Below are positions 48,557-56,281 of a stretch of 64,000 nt of DNA, piece after piece (the stretch's first letter is position 1; every line of letters begins with the position of its first letter). Under the pieces are notes generated by a model. It searched no databases, was not told the DNA's origin, and was given only the letters and a program-made list of their open reading frames with translations. The DNA is from an uncultured Planctomycetaceae bacterium. GTDB lineage: Bacteria > Planctomycetota > Planctomycetia > Planctomycetales > Planctomycetaceae. The stretch lies in assembly GCA_963976765.1 (NCBI GenBank), contig CAXBME010000014.1:124001-188000 (forward strand). The letters run 5' to 3'. Position numbers and translations under genes: made by a program.

Positions 48557-49198
48557 ATGGATTCGTCGATAGAAAACGCAACGGCTCAAACTACAGACCT
48601 TGCCGAGCTGAAATCGCAGATTCGCAAACAGGCTCACGAAAACCGCCGGAATCAGGCGAACAAGGACGGGCTCAGCGAGACAATCGTCGCCCGGTTCATG
48701 GCTCTGCCTGAGTTTGAACGGGCCGGAACGGTGCTCTTCTACGTCGACGTCCGAGACGAAGTCCGCACGCGACATGCGTTTCAGGACGCTCTGGCAACAG
48801 GCAAAAAGATCATCGTTCCGTGGTGCAACGAAGACGGTGAACTTGAGCTGTTTCACATGGAAAGCGTCGACGAACTCGCTGAAGGCATGTATCGAATTCT
48901 GGAGCCCAAAACCGAACTGCGTTCTCTTGCCGAGAAAGCCGTTCGTCCTGAAGACATCGACCTGATTATGGTCCCCGGCGTTGGCTTCGACGAACGTGGA
49001 GGCCGAACCGGGCACGGCAAAGGCTATTACGACAAGCTGCTCGAACACGCTCGCCCCGACTGCCCGCTGGTCGCCCTGGCCTTTGACTGCCAGATGTTCC
49101 CGGAAATCCCGATGCAGTCTCACGATATTTTCATGGACAAAGTGATCACTGAATCAGCGATCCATGAAGGCATCGGTCGAAAAGACGAACTCGCCTGA
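48557..49198 (+). CDS. ygfA: 5-formyltetrahydrofolate cyclo-ligase
   Basis: YRILEP, IDLIMVPGVGFDERGGRTGHGKGYYD, HDIFMDKVITE; GAGGAG RBS. Confidence 0.95.
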   Translation: MDSSIENATAQTTDLAELKSQIRKQAHENRRNQANKDGLSETIVARFMALPEFERAGTVLFYVDVRDEVRTRHAFQDALATGKKIIVPWCNEDGELELFHMESVDELAEGMYRILEPKTELRSLAEKAVRPEDIDLIMVPGVGFDERGGRTGHGKGYYDKLLEHARPDCPLVALAFDCQMFPEIPMQSHDIFMDKVITESAIHEGIGRKDELA

Positions 49199-49276
49199 CA
49201 TAGGCAGTTGGCCGCAACGCGGCGAGTGATGAGAATCCCTCGAAACAAACCCGGCAGCCTGTTGATCAATGCTGAG

Positions 49277-49348
49277 GCCACGGCTGGCTTGCCCGGCAGT
49301 GCGAGAAACACGCAGGAAACACAGCTGGACGAGCCAGCAGTGGCACCC
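49277..49348. repeat. REP/REPIN-like inverted repeat between convergent genes
   Basis: GCCACGGCTGGCTTGCCCGGCAGTG ... CACAGCTGGACGAGCCAGCAGTGGC, imperfect 25-bp inverted arms. Confidence 0.7.
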
Positions 49349-49448
49349 GGCGGTAAGTAAGCTGTCACTGTCGGCGATCATTCCCCGGCGGCTCTGTTTG
49401 ACATGGCCCCTCGTTGCAGAATCGATCAACTCGCTTCTTCTCGGTGAC

Positions 49449-50123
49449 CTACTTTGCCGAATCGGACTTCAGCTCTTTGATACGAACATTGCGGTAGGAC
49501 GCTTCGGCCGGTTCGCCGCTGTGAATCTGGACTCCGATGATGCCTGAGTCAGCGATGTCGGCGTCTTTCTCGACGTAGTCAACGGCCAGGTAACCATTCA
49601 CTTTGATCTGAATGTGTGAGCCTTCGCAACGAATGACGAAATCGTTCCAGCCATCCTGCTTCACAACTTTTTTCAGCTCGGCCTGGTCGCCGACGACCAG
49701 AAACTTCCGACGACGTGACTCGTCGTAGAGTGCTCCCCAGATCAGCTCGTTGTCCTTCATCGCGCCGATGTCTGCCTGGAAACCGATCACCTCGTGATGG
49801 TTGGGGATTCGTTCAGAGCGAAACTGAATGCCGGCGTTTTTGCCTTTGCCTTCGAGCTTTGCCTGAAGACGCAACTCGAAATTGCTGTACCGCTTCTTTG
49901 TGCAAAGGAACTCGTTGTTAGGGATTCGTTCTTTCTGAGTCCCGGCGACGATCGCACCGTCCTCGACGCGGAACATCTTCAGGTTGCCTTCCCAGCCATC
50001 CAGCGTCCTGCCGTCAAAAATTGACACAAATCCCGGTTCGACTTTCTGGTCGGCAGCAACGGCACTTTGGTTCGTTCCAATCGAAACGGTACTCAGGCAG
50101 AAAATCAGAGTCAGATATCTCAC
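49449..50123 (-). CDS. DUF1080 / 3-keto-disaccharide hydrolase family secreted protein
   Basis: Signal peptide; FDGRTLDGW, YSNFELRL, NAGIQFRS, WNDFVIRC, SGIIGVQIH, YRNVRIKEL. Confidence 0.92.
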   Translation of the reverse strand: MRYLTLIFCLSTVSIGTNQSAVAADQKVEPGFVSIFDGRTLDGWEGNLKMFRVEDGAIVAGTQKERIPNNEFLCTKKRYSNFELRLQAKLEGKGKNAGIQFRSERIPNHHEVIGFQADIGAMKDNELIWGALYDESRRRKFLVVGDQAELKKVVKQDGWNDFVIRCEGSHIQIKVNGYLAVDYVEKDADIADSGIIGVQIHSGEPAEASYRNVRIKELKSDSAK

Positions 50124-50155
50124 GGACAGGGCCTTTCAGAAAGCGTGATGAGATT

Positions 50156-51268
50156 TCAAACTGGCGGCGCATTAACGTTGCCGCCAAGGAACTGCTGATT
50201 CGCCTCACGAATCTTTGCAGCCTCGTCATCATACAGAAATGGCAGGTAAACGTACCGTTTGCCTCTGGTAACGGGCGTCGCTTCGTGCAGAAGCGAGCAT
50301 GAAAACACGACCGCTCCACCGGCAGGAGGCTTGAAGAGCTTCTTGCCGAACTCGGGAAACCACACGCAGCCGCCGTCGTAGTCATCGTTGAGGTTCAGCG
50401 AAACGGCGAACCGGCGATGTGCCGTTGCTTTGGTTGTGTTGTCTCGATGAGCCCTGAAGTGGCCGCCGTGCTCACCTTCGTAACAGGCAACGATGTATCG
50501 CTCCATCCGCGTCGCGTTGAACTGGTAAGCTCGTCGGATCTCTGGAGCCAGCCGGTCGTGAATCTTGAACATGCACTTCTTGCGTACGGCTTCATCCTCG
50601 ACAACATAGTCCCGTCGCCGTTTTGTACCGTAGTCATAAACACCGACAGTCTTCCCGCCCTGGTCCCTCATGAATCCCGAATCTTCTCCTCCACGAGATT
50701 CATAAAGGCCAATCAGTTCTTTGCAGAACTCCGGCTCGAAGATGTTCGGCACAACCAAAACCGGAGCCTGCACGTCGGCATTCGAGTGCTCTCCAAAGCC
50801 CGGCAATGGACGCACAACATGCAGAACTCTGGCGAGATGCCCGACTCCGGAATCCTCAATCGGGACACTGGCGATTGTTCTGAGCCGCTGATCAAGAACC
50901 AACGTAAACGGTCGATACTGAAGAGTGGCCTGAGTCCCTGCCAGCCCTTTTGAAATCGCACCGTACCCCTGGCTGACGAGGTGCTGAAAGTCTTTGAAAT
51001 AACGCACCCCCGGGACAAATTCTCGAACCAGCCCCTTCTCAAAATCAGCCGGATCGATGATCACCCCGAAGAAACAGACTCGCTCGTCGCTGAACTCTTT
51101 TCGGTGCAGCTCCACATCACGCACGACCTGTTGCGAACTTCCACGCGAAGTCGACCCCAGAAAACTCAGCACGACATAGCGGCCCGCCGCCGCGTTGAAT
51201 TGAAACTGGGCAGTCGTATGCGTGTCAGCATTGAACCACGGAACCGGGTCACCCTTTGAATACGCCAT
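50156..51268 (-). CDS. Redoxin-like + 2OG-Fe(II) oxygenase fusion
   Basis: N-terminal AhpC/TSA-like fold (GDPVPWF...GRYVVLSF); C-terminal HFRAHRDNTT, RRFAVSLNLN, FSCSLLHEATPVTRGKRY. Confidence 0.88.
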   Translation of the reverse strand: MAYSKGDPVPWFNADTHTTAQFQFNAAAGRYVVLSFLGSTSRGSSQQVVRDVELHRKEFSDERVCFFGVIIDPADFEKGLVREFVPGVRYFKDFQHLVSQGYGAISKGLAGTQATLQYRPFTLVLDQRLRTIASVPIEDSGVGHLARVLHVVRPLPGFGEHSNADVQAPVLVVPNIFEPEFCKELIGLYESRGGEDSGFMRDQGGKTVGVYDYGTKRRRDYVVEDEAVRKKCMFKIHDRLAPEIRRAYQFNATRMERYIVACYEGEHGGHFRAHRDNTTKATAHRRFAVSLNLNDDYDGGCVWFPEFGKKLFKPPAGGAVVFSCSLLHEATPVTRGKRYVYLPFLYDDEAAKIREANQQFLGGNVNAPPV

Positions 51269-51295
51269 CGCTCCGTCCTCGTCAGACATAAAAAG

Positions 51296-51358
51296 AACAC
51301 TGATCAACACTAATAATCGCTAATCAAAGATTAGTGAATATCAGCGTCGATCAGTGTT
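51296..51358. repeat. Intergenic palindrome built from ~10-nt subrepeats
   Basis: AACACTGATC AACACTAAT AATCGCTAATC aaa GATTAGTGAAT ATCAGCGTC GATCAGTGTT. Confidence 0.7.
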
Positions 51359-51439
51359 TAAGAATCTGCATAGCCTGCGGTCTGGTGGCGTGCCGGCAGC
51401 ACTTCGTTAGCTAACTTCCGGCATCCTCGTCAGCAGGAT

Positions 51440-53518
51440 TCAGTGGACGCGCTGTCCGGGAACGGCTCCGTCGTCGATGTCGAGCAGGAAGACGTCTGCT
51501 TTGCCCGGGCCAGCGGCGCAAACCATGCCTTCGCTCAGGCCGAACTTCATCTGACGAGGTTTCAGGTTTGCCACGCAAACGACCAGTCGACCAATCAGGT
51601 CTTCTGGCTTATACGCAGCTTTGATTCCCGCGAAAACGTTTCGGGTTTCTCCGCCGCCCAGACTGAGCGTCAGATTCAGCAGCTTGTTGGCTTCCGGAAC
51701 GTCTTTGGCCTCAATGACCCGGGCGACCCGCAGATCGACTTTCATGAAGTCTTCGATCGTGCACTCTTCGGACATCGGTTCGGCTTCCAGAGCTTCCGGA
51801 CCGTCATTCCACCGGGATTCATTTTCGCCAGCATTGTCGTCAACCGGCTCTTCCACTTTGCTTTCTTCAACCATTGCGTCTACCTGTGCTTTCGTAATTC
51901 GTTGCATCATGTGCTTGAATTCGCTGACCGGCGTTCCCGTCAGCGGAGTTTTTGCGTCATCCCAGTTCGTTATTGGCGAGTTCAGCAGCTCACCTGCCTG
52001 TTCGGCCAGCTTCGGCAGGACCGGCTGCAGAAACACTGCCAGTTGCCGGAACAGGTTCAGCACGATCGAGCAGATCTCGCGGACTTCCGTCGCCTTTTCA
52101 GGATCCTTATTCAACTTCCACGGCGCCCGGTCATTGATGAACCGGTTGGCTTCGTCGGCGAGCTGGAGAACTTCAAGCATGGCCGAACTGAAGTCGCACT
52201 GCTCGTAGAATTCCGCAATCTGATCCGCCTTCGCTGCCGCTGCCGCGAACAATCCGCCGTCGTCTGGATACTCGTCGCACAGCGTATTTCCGCCAACGAA
52301 TTTCGCCGAACGCGACGCCAGGTTGACGATGTTGCCAACCAGGTGCGAGTTCACGCGGTTAACGAACTCTTCCAGATTCAGGTCGATATCGCCCAGACCT
52401 GGTCCGAGTTTCGACGCGTAAAAGTATCGCAGACAGTCCGGTTCCAGATGGTTCAGATAGGTCGACGCCATCACGAAGGTGCCCTGAGACTTGGACATCT
52501 TCTCGCCGTCGACTTTCAGGAAGCCATGAATGTGGACTTTCTCCGGCAGACTGAAGCCCGCCGTCCTGAGCATGCCTGGCCAGAACAGCGTGTGGAAGTA
52601 GGTAATGTCCTTGCCGATGAAATGGTGAATTTCGGTGTCGTCGCTTTTCCACCAGTCATCAAAGTTTTCGCCCGTCCGATCGCACCACTGCTTCGTCGAA
52701 GCCATATAGCCGATCGGCGCGTCGAACCAGACGTACCAGTAGTTGCCGGGGCTGTCCGGAATCTCAAAACCAAAGTACGGAGCCGGTCGGGAGATGTCCC
52801 AGTCGCGCAGCTCTTTGGCTCCTTCTTCCGAACCAGGATCGCCCAGAAACTGGCCTCGCAGATTGTTCGCCACTTCCGGCTGGAGGTGCTTTCCCGACTG
52901 CGACCACTCATCGAGAAAGCTGTGCAACTGGCTGAGTTCGATAAACAGGTGCCGTGCCGTGCGAATCTCTGGCGTCGCTCCGGACAGCGTGCTCATTGGG
53001 TCGACGAGTTCCGCAGGCGAATAAGTTCTTCCGCACCTGCTGCAATTGTCGCCCGGCTGGTTTGGAGCGTTGCAGTCTGAGTTTGGACAGGTTCCCCGCA
53101 CGAAGCGATCTGCCAGAAACATGCCCGCTTCCGGGTCGAACAACTGCTCGATGTCCTTTTCCTTGACCAGCCCGGCGTCGCGAATCGATTTCCAGATCTG
53201 ACCGCAAAGTTCGCGGTTCTCAGGACTGTTGGTCGAGCCGTAATTGTCGAATTCAATGCCGAACGCGGCGAAATCACGCTGATGAGCGTCGCTCATTTCG
53301 GCGATGACTTCCTCTTCCGTCCGCCCCTCAGCACGAGCACGGATCGAGATCGCGGTGCCGTGCGTATCGTCGGCGCAGAAGAAGACCGTGCGGTTACCGC
53401 GCAGCTTTTGAAAACGCACCCAGATGTCCGTCTGGATGTACTCGACCAGATGGCCGATGTGAATCTGCCCGTTCGCGTACGGCAATGCCGCAGTCACGAG
53501 AATTCTTCGGTCGGTCAT
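51440..53518 (-). CDS. metG: Methionine--tRNA ligase with C-terminal tRNA-binding domain
   Basis: ALPYANG, HIGH, Zn knuckle, [16 protein letters not shown]-terminal OB fold ([17 protein letters not shown]). Confidence 0.98.
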   Translation of the reverse strand: MTDRRILVTAALPYANGQIHIGHLVEYIQTDIWVRFQKLRGNRTVFFCADDTHGTAISIRARAEGRTEEEVIAEMSDAHQRDFAAFGIEFDNYGSTNSPENRELCGQIWKSIRDAGLVKEKDIEQLFDPEAGMFLADRFVRGTCPNSDCNAPNQPGDNCSRCGRTYSPAELVDPMSTLSGATPEIRTARHLFIELSQLHSFLDEWSQSGKHLQPEVANNLRGQFLGDPGSEEGAKELRDWDISRPAPYFGFEIPDSPGNYWYVWFDAPIGYMASTKQWCDRTGENFDDWWKSDDTEIHHFIGKDITYFHTLFWPGMLRTAGFSLPEKVHIHGFLKVDGEKMSKSQGTFVMASTYLNHLEPDCLRYFYASKLGPGLGDIDLNLEEFVNRVNSHLVGNIVNLASRSAKFVGGNTLCDEYPDDGGLFAAAAAKADQIAEFYEQCDFSSAMLEVLQLADEANRFINDRAPWKLNKDPEKATEVREICSIVLNLFRQLAVFLQPVLPKLAEQAGELLNSPITNWDDAKTPLTGTPVSEFKHMMQRITKAQVDAMVEESKVEEPVDDNAGENESRWNDGPEALEAEPMSEECTIEDFMKVDLRVARVIEAKDVPEANKLLNLTLSLGGGETRNVFAGIKAAYKPEDLIGRLVVCVANLKPRQMKFGLSEGMVCAAGPGKADVFLLDIDDGAVPGQRVH

Positions 53519-53723
53519 GGGGGTGTTCGCTTACTTGATTCCTGGTTGTGAAAAATTGTCGTTCGAAAGGTTGACCACGGAAGACACGGAATTGACGGAA
53601 AAGGTGCAGCCCCGCGAGAAACAGAATCCCGTGAGAAACAAAGTGGTCTCCCCGTCCTCAGCGGTTCCAGCCTCGATGACCTCTGCGTTCAAAAAAGTCG
53701 AGACAGAAATCCAGCATCCAGTC

Positions 53724-54554
53724 CTAACCGAAGTACTCAACCGCGTTTCGGAACAGCTTCAGTCCGTCACCTTCTCCTCGCAGTTTCCGACGCGTCCATT
53801 CGGGATGCTGTGTGGCGTGGATGAAACGCTCGGGATGGGGCATCAGGCCGAGCACTCGCCCGGTGGCATCACCCAGCCCCGCGATGTTTGCAAAAGATCC
53901 GTTGGGATTCACCGGGTATTTCAGCTCTTCGGTCAACCATCGGCTCGGACTGTCTTCGCTGTTCGTTTCAGCATGCGGAGAGCAGTAGCAGAGTGCGGCC
54001 TGGCCGTTCTGACGCCATGAATCGAGAATCGCCGGATCGCGGACAACGAGCCGGCCTTCGGCATGAGCGAGCGGCATTTCGATCTGATTGATGCCTCGCA
54101 GGAAGACGTTGTTGTCGCTCAGGTTGGCCAGATTCACCCACAACGAGGTATATCGACCGTTGTCGTTCCAGGTGAGCGTGGCTTCTGGTTCTGCGTCTGA
54201 GCCAGCAGAAATTCCAGCCGCTCCATTGGGAAGAATTCCGGACTTCAGCAGCGTTTGAAAGCCGTTGCAGATTCCCAGAACCAGCTTGTCAGCCGTCAGA
54301 AATTCGTGCAGAGCGTCGGACAATCGCCCTCGCAGATGGCTCGAAAAGATGACGCCAGCACCGATGTCGTCTCCGTAGCTGAATCCACCGGGAATACAGA
54401 GTGCCTGAAAACCGGCCAGCAGGGCGGGCTCTTCGAGAACTCGCAGGAGGTGGACCCGCTCGGCTTTCGCGCCGCACATTTCAAAGGCATGGGCGGTTTC
54501 GGGATCGCAGTTCGTGCCAGGGGCTCGTAAAACGCAGACTCGGGGCGTGGCCAT
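53724..54554 (-). CDS. purQ: FGAM synthase glutaminase subunit
   Basis: PGTNCD, PGGFSYGD, LGICNGFQ, AHAEGR, NPNGS, GLMPHPER. Confidence 0.93.
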   Translation of the reverse strand: MATPRVCVLRAPGTNCDPETAHAFEMCGAKAERVHLLRVLEEPALLAGFQALCIPGGFSYGDDIGAGVIFSSHLRGRLSDALHEFLTADKLVLGICNGFQTLLKSGILPNGAAGISAGSDAEPEATLTWNDNGRYTSLWVNLANLSDNNVFLRGINQIEMPLAHAEGRLVVRDPAILDSWRQNGQAALCYCSPHAETNSEDSPSRWLTEELKYPVNPNGSFANIAGLGDATGRVLGLMPHPERFIHATQHPEWTRRKLRGEGDGLKLFRNAVEYFG

Positions 54555-54734
54555 AAGAAAACGTACACTTTTCGCAGGTGTTCGGAATGCAGCCGAGCCG
54601 TCACGCGACAGCTCACTCAGAACCGGCGCGAATCGTATTGAGACGGTAATCTCCCGACCAGTTCGCTGATCGAAAAACGGGGAATGGTCGACAGTTTCTG
54701 CTTCCAGCTGTCCGATCGCTGACAAAATTTCGAA

Positions 54735-56150
54735 TTACTGGCCTGCGCCGCCGCCCGGCTGGCCGCCTGCCCCACCCTGCGGAGCACCAGTTCCACCCTG
54801 AAAGCTGAACGTCTGAATGTCCCGCAGCGTGTTGAAGAACGGGGCTACAGAAATCCTCACAAACCGCCTGTCGGCTGAAACGACCGCGTTGGCCGTCAAA
54901 GAAACTCCCTCGTTGATAAAACCAACGACCGGAGTGAACCCGATCCCCGCCGTGAAAGCTCCCGCCGGCAACCGAAAGCCTTGTCCCGGAGCCGCCCCCT
55001 GCCCTGCTCCGCCTTGAGGTCCCGCCTCTCTGGCCGCGCGTCTGACGCGAGCGATGATCTGCTGACGAGTGAGTTGCGTCGCGTCCTGACTGGTCGGCTG
55101 ATTCTGCGGCTGCGGGCTCCGCTTCTGGCGACGGCCTTTCTCCAGCTTGAACGGGACGTTGACCGTTCTGGCATCGAGACTGACGACTGTTCGCGAAACT
55201 TGTTTCTCCGCTGAACCGACATGGCTGACGATTGTCACCACGCAGCGTTTACCGACGATGCTGCCGGCAATGTGCTCGATCTGAAGGTTGTACGTCCCCG
55301 GGGCGGCCTCGACGCAGATGTATTCTTCGTAGCAGTTCTCTCGGCGCGGGCCGAAACCGTCGTGAATATGCAGACCTCCAGATGCCGTCTTCGGCTCAAC
55401 GACCGAGCATGACGTCCCCAACGGTTCCTTCACGTCCAGATCAAGATCGCCGTCGCCTGACCATTCGACTTTAATCTGCAAGTCACGACGTTCGGCTTGA
55501 GCGATCGCCGCCTTGAACTTTTTCAGCCGTTCCTGGTCGCCAGCTTTAAAAAGTTCCTGCTGCGTGTCCGCCGCTGCGTCCCGCGCGGCATCGTGACGCT
55601 TCTGAAAATCTTTCGTCCAGACGTGAGTCAGAATTCCAGCACAAGCCCACTCGGTCGCGTCGACATCTTTTGCTTTGCGGGCAAGCCTCATCGCCAGGGC
55701 GTACGGTTCCGGTCGAGTTGGATCGATCAACGCCGCCTGCTGATAGAGTTCCAGCGCCAGCTCGGTGCCGTCCAGTCGAGCCATCGTCGCAGCCGAAACC
55801 AGAAGCGACTCCAGATTCGTCGTGGTGAAGTCGATTCTGGAAGTGAGCGCCCGTTCGATTTCCTGCTGAGGGCGACCGGCCAGCTTCATCGATCTCGGCA
55901 GGACATCGTACATCCAGGGCTGCGATTGCCCCGTCGTGATGGCGGCCAGAATTAACGAAACATTTTCCTCGTGCTTGCCGGCCGCGTGAAGCTTGCCAAC
56001 CGTGCGAACGATGTCACTGTCGGCAAATTTCTTTTCGGAAAAACGCCGAAACCAGGCGTCATCCGACGACTCGGTTCCCGCCTTCTGCGTGCGAGGCTGG
56101 GACTCATTCTGCCCGACGTTCGCCTCGCCAGCCGCCTTTACCGGCGGCAC
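54735..56150 (-). CDS. TPR + YfaP-like + secretin-tail-like protein; probably the C-terminal half of a frameshifted fusion with the upstream gene
   Basis: QPWMY, PTRPEPY, WSGDGDLDLDVKEP, EGVSLTANAVVSADRRFVRISVAPFF. GTG start has no RBS or signal peptide; frame open upstream to 56312. Confidence 0.8.
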   Translation of the reverse strand: MPPVKAAGEANVGQNESQPRTQKAGTESSDDAWFRRFSEKKFADSDIVRTVGKLHAAGKHEENVSLILAAITTGQSQPWMYDVLPRSMKLAGRPQQEIERALTSRIDFTTTNLESLLVSAATMARLDGTELALELYQQAALIDPTRPEPYALAMRLARKAKDVDATEWACAGILTHVWTKDFQKRHDAARDAAADTQQELFKAGDQERLKKFKAAIAQAERRDLQIKVEWSGDGDLDLDVKEPLGTSCSVVEPKTASGGLHIHDGFGPRRENCYEEYICVEAAPGTYNLQIEHIAGSIVGKRCVVTIVSHVGSAEKQVSRTVVSLDARTVNVPFKLEKGRRQKRSPQPQNQPTSQDATQLTRQQIIARVRRAAREAGPQGGAGQGAAPGQGFRLPAGAFTAGIGFTPVVGFINEGVSLTANAVVSADRRFVRISVAPFFNTLRDIQTFSFQGGTGAPQGGAGGQPGGGAGQ

Positions 56151-56281
56151 AACAGAAGTGGGTCGAGCGCCAGCAGCACTCGACCCTTGTTCCTTCTGAT
56201 CTGTTGAGGTCGCTTCATCAGACTTGCGAATACTGCCAGCAGCCTGCCGTTTCTTCGCAGCCCCCGCAGTCTGACTCGAAC

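Noticed and set aside
51443..53080. 545-aa plus-strand ORF
   Set aside because: Antisense shadow of metG with no recognisable motifs.
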